A stretch of 64,000 nucleotides of DNA from Octopus sinensis (lineage: Eukaryota): NCBI RefSeq assembly GCF_006345805.1, contig NC_042998.1, forward strand, positions 114,452,001 through 114,516,000, read 5' to 3'. The position numbers were made by a program, and so were the translations under genes. Each line of letters starts with the position of its first letter. Within the stretch, counting starts at the first letter, position 1. Shown here one piece after another: positions 49,801-64,000 of this stretch. The notes below the pieces were generated by a model that was not told the DNA's origin, searched no databases, and worked only from the letters and a program-made list of their open reading frames with translations.

Positions 49801-52244
49801 AATTAAACTATTATTTTAATTAGTGGATTCTAATCCATGAAATCCTAAATACAAAACTATTTAGTTAAGAACGTATCTATACCTGCATTCATACAAAAGT
49901 GTATTCACACGTACTCACGTACATGTTCACAAACTTACATCTACCCATATATATATATAACATAAATAACACAAATACGCAAATATATCAGATGCCGTAG
50001 AAGATATTAATACATCAACAAAATCATATACTTAACGCAAAAAAAAAATCTAAGGCCAAAAACAAAACAATACTTTATCTCTGGAAATATCAATTCGTCA
50101 TTTTTTACTGATAAATTTGGAAGTTAGACAACAACATAAAATTTTATTTGTATATGTACGTATGAGTGACTGTATATATGTATATGTGTTTGTACGTATT
50201 TATACACGTATAATGTTTTGAAACACGACTATACAAATATAGGTGTATATGAACATGTTTATGTATACACACATGGCACATACATCCATAAACACGTACA
50301 CACATACACCTGACCGTAGTTAGTTGATTCTGCATATGAGAAGTATTCGTTACTTTCTTTAGATAAATAAAGTATAACAGACACTGCATAACCCACAAAT
50401 AGATGCAAATATTTTCTGTAGACAATAACAATGTTTAATAGATAAAAGAAAATTGATGTAATATATTTGTTGAAGATTGTATTGAAATATTCCACTGGAT
50501 AAAGTTATTTTCTGCTTGGGCGCAAACTATTACTAGCAGCATCATAAGATCTCATTAATTCTGACCATCTTTAAACAACGAAGTACTACTTTTCTTATCT
50601 ATGCTCTGTTTTAAAATAAATGTAGCTAGTACTACTCAGAAAAGACCTGCCGACAGAATATTGCCTGCTTAACACTCCTTTCATTTTAGTCTGCTCTAAA
50701 AATATTGGTCTTGATATCAGGATGTAAGCGTTTGTATGTAGAATGAATATTGGCGATGAAATTGTTTTGGATAGGGTTGCCTGCTAGCATTCCGCGAAGT
50801 GACGAGATATTATATCAAAGCTTTAGTAAAATCGACGAAAGCAATACAAGTATACATACAGATTTTGTCTATTCTCCTGCAGGGGAGGTAATTGTTTTAT
50901 GACGATTCTTTCAAGTTCTTCCAAGTTGGTAGGCATTCAGAGGCGAAGAAAAGCAGTAGCAGTGTTCCTTAATTATCCTAGAAGCAATCATAGATACGAA
51001 TAACTACAGCAGATGCAACTAACAAGGCTTAATGTATAGGTTGTTTCTATATTTGGTTCTTTGGCGATATTTAACTTGGTACAATGGATGCCCTTTTGAA
51101 AAAGCGTGGTATATCATCGATTGGCGGAAAGTTGTTAGAACTGAAAATGGTTTGCATATATATATACTACTGCATACACACACGCACATACACACGCACA
51201 TACGCGCACACAATACTAATTTTACGGGAAGAACTAATTTTAACGGAATTCAAAGTAGATATACTAGCGTGTAAAATATGTGAAATATTGTGCAAAAAAG
51301 CTTCTGACTTTGTTTCCATCCAAAAGGTTTCTTTTAGACAACATTCAGCACATTATTATTAATGAATTTCGACTTCCGCTGTTAGAACAAATTTACTTCA
51401 TAGTTTTCGAAGTTTCTAAATTGTTATGTTAATATTTTATAGTTCTCGCTAGCAAGAACGAAACTTCTAAAATGGATGGAAAAAAATTCAAACTGTAGCA
51501 CTGATTAAATATTTACTGATGATGTAGATTCTCTATCCCGCGAGTAAACTTTGACTTTCTTTTTCTATCGAGGTGAAATTTGAATCCCTCAAAATAGGAA
51601 ATGTTGTCCGACGTACAGATTTATAGTTTTGGTGTATATTCGAACACAGGCGTGTGTATAAATACAAGCTTGTTACCAGTTCTAGTTCAAATACGTTTGG
51701 GCATATTCGAACCCGTCATTGAGTCATTCACTGTATTTGAACTGATGGACACGCTTGTATTTACACACATCACAGCTTCGTGCTTCTATTCCATATTTCA
51801 TTTACAGCGAACTACCGATCAACGCAACCAGTTGCGATGTACGATGATAGGAAAATAAAAGAGGTATCCTTCACATGTCAGTTCGCAGGGTTCTCATTTC
51901 CGGTAGGTGATGCTGAAGAAGAAATAAACACTACGAAATGCATGCATCCATCAGTCTGTTAACGTGTGATTACGTCTATTTGTCTTCAGAGAGAAATTTT
52001 CTCCCCGACAAATTAAAATGAAAGGCTTTCTTACAGCTTTGAATAAACGCAAAGTATATTTGAACATCGGTTTTGTATCTCGCTTGAAGGATTCTTTATG
52101 TGAATTCCTCTGTTGAAACAAATTTTGTTGTCTAGGGTGAATCATTACGTCAATATCATTAACACACGCACTGGTTCAATTCCACTCAGTTCCACTTCTT
52201 TGAACTGGTAACAAGCATATATCTATCTATTTCTATCTATCTAT

Positions 52245-52312
52245 TTCTTTTTACTTTTTAAAAATTTTTTCAGTCATTTGACTGCGGCTATGCTGGAGCA
52301 CCGCCTTTAGTC
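52245..52312 (-). mobile_element. SINE family A 3' tail only
   Basis: TTCAGTCATTTGACTGCGGCTATGCTGGAGCACCGCCTTTAGTC, nearly identical to 44114-44157. Confidence 0.85.
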
Positions 52313-52908
52313 AAGAAGAGAGAGCTACATAAGCATATGCATACATGAGTACACACCACACACACACACAACCACGCACACACACACACACACACAAATA
52401 TATGTACATTTACATGTATGATAATCAAAATTTAGACATACACACGTATATGTGTATGTATGCGTATACGCAAGAACTTACTATCGTCGTGATTTTAATA
52501 TATAACACATATGAGGATACTTGTAATAAACTCCACGCTGTGCCTTGACGACATTTTGCCGATTGCATATACTTCTCAAATATTTGCCTTGATCTTTGAT
52601 TTCCAAGTTATACAAATTTTCGTTTAATGAACTACATGTTTATACACACGCACACTCATGCAGATACCCAGATATATTTATGTACAAAAACATATGTATT
52701 TGAAAAACATACTTGCAGAAATATGTATAAATGTATATGTCTGTGTGCATGTGCATATATGTATAGATATATGTATTTATTCGGGTTCAGATATGTTGAT
52801 ATTTATATGAATATTCTTCAATCTACTACTTGCCTTCAGTACTTAATTTATGGTAATATAGACGGTATATATAGGACATACTGCACTAAATCCTACTATA
52901 AAGTGTTC

Positions 52909-52953
<45 letters not shown>

Positions 52954-53618
52954 GCGCATGTACATTCATATGTATGTGTAAATATATACACACGTCCACA
53001 CAGACAAACACACACACACATACAGCATATGTAATGTATGCATTCATGCATGTATCATCGATATTATATAAGTGTGTGTGTGTAACCGTGTTGGTGCACA
53101 GCGTGTGTGTGTAGTGTTGCCGGTGGCTATGTATTTATGTTTTCATATAGCTACAGAAAAATATTTTCCTCACACAGTTCTCTTAATTTGCCAATTGTGC
53201 CCGTCTTTTCAGTTTTATGTTTTGAAGTTTTAAAGTAAATATTATCTTGGAGATTTCTCTTTAGTCAATCGATATCCCAGTGCAATTGACGTAGCCACAG
53301 CAACAATGAAAGCCATAAGTATTCATACAGATGACCAGTATACATAGAAAATTCAAGTAGTTTGCTGTAATGTAGTTTGTAAATCTGTCCCTAACCAATT
53401 GCTTTTCAGTTCGAATTTTTGCAGTGCAATCTTAGTGTTATTTAAAGATACGTTCCGAAATTACATTTCTACGCAGTATTTAATACAAAAAGCTGCCGTA
53501 TTGTAAATAAAATATTGTTTGATGATTTCAAACGTACCAATATATAGTTAGTGAAGATTAGATCTGTTAATAAACTGTTAATATTACATTTATGTCCTTA
53601 ATATCTATTAATAGTTCA

Positions 53619-54228
53619 AGGCGGCGAGATAGCAGAAACGCTAGGACGCCGAGCGAAATGCGTAGCCGTATTTCGCCTGCCGTTACGTTCTGAGTTCAAA
53701 TTCCGCCAAGGTCGACTTTGCCTTTCATCCTTTCGGGGTCGATTAAATAAGCACCAGTTACGCACTGATGTCGATGTATTCGACTTAATCCGTTTGTCTG
53801 TTCTTGTTTGTCCTCTCTGTGTTTAGCCCCTTGTGGCTAGTAAAGGAATAAGTATTTCGTCCGTTCTTAAGTTCTGAATTCAAATCCCGCCGAAGTCGAC
53901 ATTGCCTTTCATAAATTAAATATCATTTACGCACTTGGTTGATGTAAGCGGCTTAATCCATTTGTCTGTCTTTGTTTGTCCCTTATTTATTGCCTGTACT
54001 TTATTGCCTCTTGTGGGCAATAAAGAAATAAGAAACATTAGCACGCCGGGCGAAATGCTTAGCCGTATTTCGTCGGTCTTTACGTTCTGTGTTCAAATTC
54101 CGCCGAGGTCGACTTTGCCTTTTATCTTTTCGAGATCAATAAATTACCAGTTGAATACTAAGGTCGATCTAATCGACTGGTCCTCTCCCCAAACATTTCG
54201 GGCCTTGTACCCAAAGTAGAAAAGAATA
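53619..54228 (+). mobile_element. Compound (multi-unit) SINE family B
   Basis: Three TTCAAAT.CCGCC.A.GTCGAC.TTGCCTTT modules, Nin-like GCCTTTCATCCTTTCGGGGTCGAT, and tail TTTCGGGCCTTGTACCCAAAGTAGAAAAGAAT. Confidence 0.9.
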
Positions 54229-54570
54229 TATACTAATTGTATAAAATTTAGTAATTATGGAATAACGTCCTCATTTCCATTATATTCTTATGACAAAACT
54301 ATGATTTAAATATACTACTATACGTGTGTATATGTGAATATAAGAACTAAACGCGTGTAGTAGGAGTTACATTCATTAAAAGAGTTTGATTCGGCTTTAT
54401 GTGACTTAAAGTTTCACGTGTCGATCATCTAAGCCTGGAAGAGACGGGTTTTTGTTAGAGACCCACGAATCTATAAGCTGCATTGAGCCGAATCAAAGTT
54501 TAAGTAATAATATTTTCATATATATATATATATATATATGTGTGCATGTATTTGTGTCTGTATGTGTGTG

Positions 54571-54619
<49 letters not shown>

Positions 54620-55252
54620 CATGTGGGTGGGTGTGCTTCTGCGTATGTGTGTATCTGTATTTGTGTGTGTGTCTGTGTGTATGTGTGTGTGTTTGTAGAT
54701 CAAGCTGTCCCACATCACTAAGTTATCTTTCTTAGTTACGCTACATCTGTACAGCGCGCAAGCACATATTTAGCTGTATGTATGTTTGCATGTGTATGTA
54801 TATACGCAGGCATATGCTTGCGTTCTGTGTATGTTCTTAGGTACGTGTGTTTGTATGCATATAAGTATGCATGGATGTACCTATATAGATATTGATGCTA
54901 AAAATATTTCATAAAATGTTACAGTTTGGAGCAGCCGATCATCAGAATGCACTTCTTTATATGATGGTTTATAAATCTTTTTAAACAGCGGTAATTATTT
55001 AGTGATTATTCAAATAAGCATTTGAACCTGAATGGAGAAGGGGTTGGCTGGAATGTTTTTATATATTTAAAAATGCCATCATATTTAAAAAAAAGTTCAC
55101 GCCTGTCTGATCGCCGGTTGCTCGGTTGTATGAAACTCTGAGTACCTGTTTGTTAAGTTTCTGCATCTTCAATAAACACAATACTTTACTCTTCCATTAG
55201 TATTCGAGTGCTATTTTCTCTACAGAGTTTTCCACCTATTTGTTTGCATCTG

Positions 55253-55317
<65 letters not shown>

Positions 55318-55836
55318 TAAAATACATACACACACATATACATACATAAATGCATGTATTCATGTCTGTATGTGTTTATGTATATGCATGTAACGAACGT
55401 TAGATGTGGAAGAGAACGTAAAAATATTTATATGCGATTGAAGCTCCAAAGCAAAGTATAGAAGCGTGTGTTTCAAATATCAAGTCCATAAGTAACATTA
55501 TTTATCCGTTGCCCGTAAGAGATGATAATACTATTCATCTAGCAACATTGTCTGATATAAAGAAGATATTTATGATAGCAATATTTTTTCTGACGTAAAT
55601 ATCGGTAAATGTTATTAAAGGTTTCACATGAATTGGGTCATAATGATAAAAAAGAAGAGATTTTCAATTCAATTTATTAATCTACTTGTGTATTTCAACT
55701 GTGAGCTAAAATGAATATGAATTGATAATGTCATACATCTATACACTCACACATTCTCATACACATGGACATATACATGAATTTTAATGTATTTATGTAA
55801 AATTGCACACAAAAATTATATATGGCATATACATAC

Positions 55837-55910
<74 letters not shown>

Positions 55911-56748
55911 GTACGCACATACATACACACATAAATGTATATATACACACATATATTTATATATACACACACATTTATGTATGTGTATATAAATACATAT
56001 TTCTATCTATCTATATGTGTGTGTGTGTTTGTATGTATGTGTGTGCGTGTGTGTTTGTATGTGTGTGTATATGTCTGTGTGTGTATGTAATTATACGAAA
56101 AGCGATGGAGAATATAACTCTGCAAGGAAGGAATTGAGCTTTTCATTGGATTTGGCATGAAAATCAAAGTCTTTCTCACACAGGCGACGGCGTCGGAGAA
56201 ATTGCGGGAGTTAGATGACAGTTCTTGTGTGAATACTATGTGAAATAGAATATTTGGGATATGAATGTGGGTTATCAGGTTTATAATCAACAGAAGTGAT
56301 AGAAATATTGTCAGAGCTGTTAGACGACACGTGCAAAACATTGTGCAGTAAGTATCAATAGAGTTATAGATGTAACGACCGTGTAGAAGTAGAAAAGTGA
56401 CTCTGTGATCTGAACACAAAGTATATTTCTTAAGCTTTTTCTATTTACTTAGGTGATATGAATTTGTTTTTCCACTAGCTTCAACTGAGTTGATGTTGCA
56501 GTTGATGTCACTGCTGTTGGTGCCCTTGTTGTTGTTGTTGTCGTAGTATTTTTCACGTTGGTTAGTCGTTGGCTAGCTTTGATCAAGAAGACCAATACTA
56601 AACGCCTTTCGGGGTGAGAGCTTCTCTTTATGCAGTGTATCTTGCAATATTTTAACTAATCTCTCCCGCAGTTCTTAAAACTGTACTCTTGAACATGTGC
56701 TATTTTCTTCCTAGTCGTTATCTATCTATCTAATTATCTATCTATCTA

Positions 56749-56841
<93 letters not shown>

Positions 56842-56930
56842 ACATACATACATACATACATACATACATACATACATACATACATACATACATACATACA
56901 TACATACATACATACATACTTTGGAGAGAA

Positions 56931-57261
56931 CCCCTTCGGTCATGAATGACCATGGGATTTCACATAGAAAGTTACCCTCCGGGGCACAAGTCTGGGCAAG
57001 TTTGTTTATGGAAGGTCAGCAGTCGCCGATGCATAACGACCTCCCCTCTCCACGCCACCGATGTTATCCAAGGGAAAGGCAAAGGCCGATACAGTTTGGC
57101 ACCAGTGACATCGCAACTCATTTCTACAGTTGAGTTAACTGGAGCAACGTGAAATAAAGTGTCTTGCTCTAGAACACAACACGCAAACTAGTCCGGGAAT
57201 CGAAATCACAACCTCATGATTGTAAGCTCGACGCTCAAACCACTGAGCCATGCGCCTTCAC
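56931..57261 (-). mobile_element. tRNA-derived SINE family C, tail type 2
   Basis: Same head and centre as 37326-37650 (ACTGGAGCAACGTGAAATAAAGTGTCTTGCTC..GGAATCGAA..GCGCCTTCAC on the plus strand) but an unrelated distal half. (CATA)n flanks. Confidence 0.85.
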
Positions 57262-58602
57262 ACATACACACATACATGTATACATACATACATACATACA
57301 TACATACATACATACATACAAACATACATACATACATACATACATACATACATACATACATACATACATACATACATACATAGAATAATGAAGGCAGATA
57401 TCCGCAATAAAAAAAACGGAAAGGGAAAATTCAATTGTCACTAATTGTGACTGACGGTGCAGGGCAGCGCCAACATTGCTAGAAATAAAAGTTAAAATCC
57501 CTTAGAGCCGCAAAGAAGCACATGTCTATGCACTGGCAGGGGAGATAAGCGTTCCACAGCGAGCAAAATAATCATACTAGTCTAGTTTCGCTTAACATTA
57601 AAGCTATCACTGGATGCTAAGGCTAAATCCCGACTCTCAGTATACAGTACTTGCTATATGAATCAATGGCTGGTTCAGCAAACTGGTAATGTGAAAATTA
57701 GAAAACTATCAATTTTAAACGAAAATAGACTAGTATGGTGATCTCGCTGGTTGTGGAGCAGTTATGTTGCCTGTCAGTGCATAGAGGTGCTCATTTGCAG
57801 GTCTAAGAGATTTCAACCCTTATTTCTTACAATGCTACCCTGCACTGTCAGCCACAATTTGTGATAACTGAATAATACATACATACATATATACATACAT
57901 ACATACATACATACATACATTCACATACACACACATATATGTATATATGTATGTATGTGTATGTGTGTATATATATATATGTGTGTGTATATATATATTT
58001 ATACAATACAAAAATGGTGGTAGAGAATTTCAATTATCCCTTCGTGTTGAGTCGTAAATGCAATTAAAAATATATAATAAAAGAAGGAAAATGCACACAG
58101 TTTACATAGTTTTTTATATAATTTAAATGAAAGAGTATTGTGGTTGTCGACCGGTTTCTCGTTCGCTAATAATGACATTGAAATTATCGTGATTTCGTAT
58201 TTTCTTAGGAAGCGTTTAGACTATGTTCTTGGTTAAAAATTTGTGAATGAATCAACAAGTAGAAACATCTATGTGATCAGGAATTAAAATATATACTGAG
58301 ACCAAAGTTGGGTATGCGTTCATATTTAGGCGTGCTCTGTATTTTTCGATAACAAATTTTTTGAACAGAAATTGTTTGTTTGAACTAGTAGATAGGGAAA
58401 CTGAAATTTGACTGGAGATTCTCTGCACATCTTTCTATATGTTCACTCAAAGCTATGTCTATACCTTGAGAAACGGATCTGTTCCTCATGCAAAGAACAA
58501 CTCCCTTAGTTATTTTGATTAAAAAAGTCAACAGATTTGCACCACTCTTGAGCGGAGAGTAGAAAATAATGTTCCTGAGATTTAGTCTTCATCTGATAGT
58601 GA

Positions 58603-58652
<50 letters not shown>

Positions 58653-61600
58653 AAGAAAGAGAGGGCAACAAAGAGAAGGAATGAAAGAAAAGCAGATAGA
58701 TGCAAAATGGAGAAATTATATTGTTACCTGGACTGCAGGCATGTTAAATGCCTATGATTTTATGTATAGAAGTTTTGAAATTTATCTGTTAACCACGAAA
58801 GAAAATCTTAATTATATTATGAAAGTTAAACATAAAATTTAAGATATTGAAGTGATTTAATCACGATTAATAAAGAAGAATGCACAAATTTTTATAAAGT
58901 AATCTATAAAAATGATTTAGAATTCCAAAAGTAAATAATGATAATCTTTCATTTTTGCCGCTATAAATATCAAAGACGTCTAAAGAAAATCATGAATTAT
59001 AATATATGTAATAAAGTAAAGAATTAGAGAAATATTGTATATTAATAAAATCATAACTATGAAAATAAGCTATGCTACAATATACACAAAAATTACTGAA
59101 ATTTATATAAAGACACCCATAAAATTAAAAAAAAAACAAATAAAAACAATTAACATCATGCAGAATTTTAAAAGTGATATAAAATAATTTTTAGTCAGGC
59201 AAAACGAAGAAAATAAAAATGAATTATTATAAAAATCATGTTTAAAATACAATTAATTATAAATAATGTAAAAATAATTAAATATGATAAATTAGAAGAA
59301 TTTAAAGAAAGATATGTATCTATATACACAAAATCAGATGCATTTCACACGTTACTCACGCACATACACCCGCGTAAACATATCCATAAAAACTATTCTC
59401 GCATAAAAATTTTTTATCATGATTTTCCCAGACATAAATATCAATATAACTGCTTAATGAAAAAATATTCCTATTATACGTGATAAAATAAATAATTACC
59501 AATTAGATTATAAGAAGATCATAACCAATAAAATAATGTATATTACAATGCAATTCAAATCTGTAGCCAGAGCCAACAGATTTTTGTCATGAAGAATTTC
59601 AAAACTTATATGAAATAATCTTTTAGATAGGCAAGAAAATAAAAGAAATATATTTGAATTTCAATAAAAAACATATATAACTCTTTTTAAAATTACAATT
59701 ATATATATATAATGATTTAAAAGTAAACGATATGATAGATTTTTTGTTTAAATGTAAAGAAACAAACGCACGCATTCTCAGAAATATATGAATGTTTTAC
59801 ACGTTAACACCCGTTCACACACTTATATAAATATGCATGAATTATATAAGTAAAAAGCAAATAGCAAAAGCGCAAAATAGTGACGCGAACTTTTAAAACA
59901 ACAGACTTCCACACACACAAGCTGACATATAGACATACAAACATTTCATACAAAGTGAATAGGTCATATAATAGATGTTCTTGCAGCCTGTTACATATAG
60001 CAGCTAAATCTCAATCAAATAACATATTAATTAAAAAATACGATTAATAATGTCTTAAAATAGCTCTAGAAAAAGGTATTTGAAATGAATATCGAATACC
60101 TTAACCTTTTGAAGGTTAGTCCTGCTATAAAAAGAAAAGAGATGATAGAGAAAAAAAGGGAGATAGAGAACAAGTGAAAAATTGTACGTGGAAAAAAGTT
60201 AGGGTTTATATATGCATGCACTTATACATACATATATACATACTTACATACATACATATATACATACATACATAGTACATACATACATACATACATATAC
60301 ATATGTACATAATACATACATACATATATACATACATACTTATATAATTTCTTAAGTAAACAGAAGATGGATTTGGTATTAATCTTTACTTTGTACAACG
60401 GTCGTTTCGATCCATCCTGCTACTGTCCCTTGTGGGTGGGACTCCTGTCAATAAGCTGTGTTGCATCCATTTTGCAGTCTGGGTCTCAGCAGAAACATCC
60501 ATTCATAAAGTTCTGTCCTGCTAAAGATCCTGAGATTTGGCTATCGTGTTGTTATATACCCGTCTGTTTAGGGAATGCAACATTGCTACAATGTTCAGTC
60601 ATTATTATCTTTCTATACTAAGGTTTGCAATCAGTTGTAAATAAAAATTGCTGGGGAAGTGAGTGGATGAACAAGGATGGATTAAGTAACATTGGGATTT
60701 AAAAAATGGTACTAGAAACAGGAAGGGAAGAATGTCTATATGGTGAAAGGTTGTTTAGCTAGCTAGTTAGCTTAGGTCGGGATGCGTATACACACCTACG
60801 CACACAACACATTCGTACACGAGGGGCATTGGCCCACCTGCCCATATGGTCGATTTCGGCCGTAGTTCGCATAATTTATGGTTGGAAGACAGCATCATCG
60901 GAAGCCTGTCATCACAGTCACCTCAAGACTAGGGCAGCTCGCAGATAGTCCGACTCGCTCCACATCTATATCGTTGAGGGTGAATCGCACGCACCTACGC
61001 CTATATATACATTCATACATCCATACATATACTCACACATACATATACAAACACAGACGCACACACACATACACACAGGTGTATGCATATACCCATATAT
61101 ATGTATATATATAATTTATGGTGGAAGATATATATATTTATATAGATACCAAGGATATTTTATTCCACACAGGTAAAAATATAGAAGTGAATTTGAAAAT
61201 ACACTGAGAATAGTTAAAATATTTTTTAGTAAAATATTTGAAGCCTTAACCGGTTTCCCAGTTTACACTGATTTTCCAAAGGTTCCAATAGAGAGACGTG
61301 GCTTATATCGCAGCTGTCTTGCTTCTGACTAGTGTTTGATGTTTGGCCTCTTTTTATGATTCACGTGTTTATTTTCTACAAAAACTTGACAGAAGACATT
61401 CAGAGCATTGATTATTTGGATTTGTTCAGTCAACCATGTCACCCTTAACTTACGACGCCAAACATTGTCACATTGCCACGGACGTAGCGCGGAACCTACA
61501 AAAATTTCTAAGACTCTACTGTGTACTGTTTTCTCACTCATCTTTTTCACCCCTTCACCGTTTTCAATCTGTCTCTCTCTTTCCCTTTCTCTTTTCTCTT

Positions 61601-62355
61601 TCTCGTTGCTCACACGTGATCATCATCCATCTTTCTTTTCCTCACGTTATCATCTTACTTTTCCTTCAGGACTGTCCTAAGGACTGGACGAATTCTACCT
61701 CTCCCTCCTATCTTTTTCCTTTTCAAAGAAAATATTTCTCCAGCGTTCGCTATTTTACCCTAGTTCTGTTGTAACAACCCCTATATTTGTTTTCGTTCGG
61801 TTTCCTTGTATGTCTCCAATGTCCTGTTTTTGTTCCCAACTTTGACCCTCCATGAATCCAAAATTTTATTTTGGTACTTATGGGAGCAACTGTCTTCGTA
61901 GACTCATATTGTTGTTGTACGCTCGAAATGAGGAGTAGATAGACAGCGGACAACTAATGAAGGGTCGTTCTTTATCTTACTTTCCTGTTTTCCATTTGTT
62001 TTTCTCGTTGTTTGCATATTGGAATTATTTGTTTTCGTAATTCATGTTGTTTATAGTTGCTGACGTCCTGTATCCATATATGTATGTATATATATAATAT
62101 AAATTGGACATGAGCGATCGTTATATTCTCTCTTGTCTTGAGGTTCACAGTCAAATAGCTGGGTGGATTTGTGTGAAAAATAGCACACATGTGGACACTG
62201 ATGCATAGATTGGAATGCGGTTTATATTTTATTCCTAGCTCCCATAGCTACCGAGAAATTCGATTAACATTTTTCTAATGGAATTCCCCTGTTTGTTCCG
62301 CCATTAAAACAATTAGTTGCTCACACAGCAGGGGCATGCACACACGCTCACACAC

Positions 62356-62396
<41 letters not shown>

Positions 62397-62803
62397 ACAC
62401 ACACACACACACACACAGACACACACACACACAGGTCCATTTCATATATCTTCTTTCAATTTGTGCTTTGCAAATAAAATTTTTTATGAATACAACTGCT
62501 TAAAAATAGAGATTAATGTATAATTTCTCTCTATGTTAATAATCAAATCAATGTTTTAATGATTAGACAGAAGTCCAATAGAATAGCTCTCAGAAACAGA
62601 CTACGTACAAATTTGTTCTTCCTAACTCCTGAAGCTGTTTTCTGACAAGGTTGGAGGAGTCAAGAAATGTCCATACATCAGGAGGCTCCAATCGAAATGC
62701 ATCCGAAATGATAAGGTTGAGAAATGCTGTTATAGATTAGGCCTAACTGAAAACGATCACAACCACATCATCCAAACAGACCGGGTGAAACCGGGCTTAC
62801 ATA

Positions 62804-62872
<69 letters not shown>

Positions 62873-62988
62873 ATGCATATATATATGTAGATTTATATAT
62901 ACATATATATATATATGCATATATAATGTTATTTATTATTCTATTATTATTTGAGTAAGCGCCACGCATCCATTTCAAGTAAGTTTAT

Positions 62989-63028
<40 letters not shown>

Positions 63029-63032
63029 TGTG

Positions 63033-63105
63033 GATATATACGAGTGTATATATATGTATATGCCTGTATATATATATATATATATATAATATATATATAT
63101 ATATA

Positions 63106-63199
<94 letters not shown>

Positions 63200-63230
63200 G
63201 CATATACATATATATACACTCGTATATATC
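63033..63230. repeat. Inverted repeat with exact arms around a (TA)n spacer
   Basis: GATATATACGAGTGTATATATATGTATATGCCTGTATA ... TATACAGGCATATACATATATATACACTCGTATATATC. Confidence 0.92.
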
Positions 63231-63945
63231 ACAAAATACACACATATATATATATTTTTTTCCTTTTTCTAGCACCATTCCTTTGTTTTAAACCCAATGT
63301 AACTCGATCCCTCCCTGTCCATCCATTCATTTCCTCAATAATTTTCTTTTTATCAAAAGCTATTTATCTATACTTATAAATTGTTATAATCCTCAAAATG
63401 TTGGTTTGATAGAACGCCCACTTCGGTATACAGCATACTTAGTAAAACCAGTAAGGACATGTCTATCCTTCACCGCCTACTACGTACTCTTTCTTTATTT
63501 TTGCACTACGGCCATTACATAGAGGGGACAGCACAAGGACAGACAGAACACCGCAGTGGGAAGAAAAAACATAAAACGAATGAAAATAAAGATGTGATAT
63601 ATGTTATGAAAATGAAATGGCTGTATGAGTCCCACTCTCAAGCAGTACCATTTGAACGTTTAAAGGCACCGTTTGTAATCGTTCATTTTTCCTTTGTTTT
63701 TTCTTTATCATCCTTTATCATCTCTAAACTACTAGACACAATAACGCTCCCACTACAGATACAGAAACTAAAACTCCCGCTAAAAGGACCTCGGGTGAGA
63801 CGCTCTCGTCTGTCCTGCGCTCGCCGGTATAACACTCGATCGAAATTCAAGCTGATAAACAACAGTGAATCCCGCAACTCTCCTCTAACAAATGCTTGTC
63901 CTACATTGCTTTTCGTTGTTCATTTATCCTCTAATATAATATGGA

Positions 63946-64000
63946 AGGCGGCGAGCTGGCACAAACGTTAGCACGCTGGGCGAAATGCTTAATGGTATTT
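63946..64000 (+). mobile_element. SINE family B head, truncated by the window end
   Basis: GGCGGCGAGCTGGCACAAACGTTAGCACGCTGGGCGAAATGCTTAATGGTATTT. Confidence 0.85.

Noticed and set aside
63459-63971. 170-aa plus-strand ORF
   Set aside because: No recognisable motif, and it runs into a SINE head. Probably a chance ORF.

Overview
Eukaryotic, AT-rich, microsatellite-saturated non-coding DNA, most likely from an octopus (inferred from the tRNA-derived SINE families and the repeat landscape). I can support no host protein-coding exon. Most ORFs in the track are translations of (TA)n, (CATA)n, (TATC)n, (CA)n or trinucleotide tracts, and the ORFs with recognisable motifs are transposon remnants. 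These are two L1/Tx1-like LINEs, RTE LINEs, R4/Dong-like REL LINEs, a CR1/Jockey-group 3' end, Penelope-like RT and GIY-YIG remnants, mariner, Tc1 and DD37D(maT)-like elements, hAT remnants, and a Helitron helicase half with its CTAG 3' end. There are also about 20 SINE copies and a tRNA-Lys(CTT) pseudogene. The best leads are: (1) a minimal type I hammerhead ribozyme with an intact catalytic core on the minus strand at 39572-39642, plus three decayed hammerhead-like motifs; (2) LINEs sitting inside specific microsatellites, notably a young Tx1-like element flanked on both sides by (TATC)n; (3) two (TA)n-centred palindromes and a 695-bp tandem duplication, either real instability or assembly artefacts; (4) modular and compound SINEs and a bipartite RTE derivative. 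Boundaries were read by eye and are approximate unless stated.
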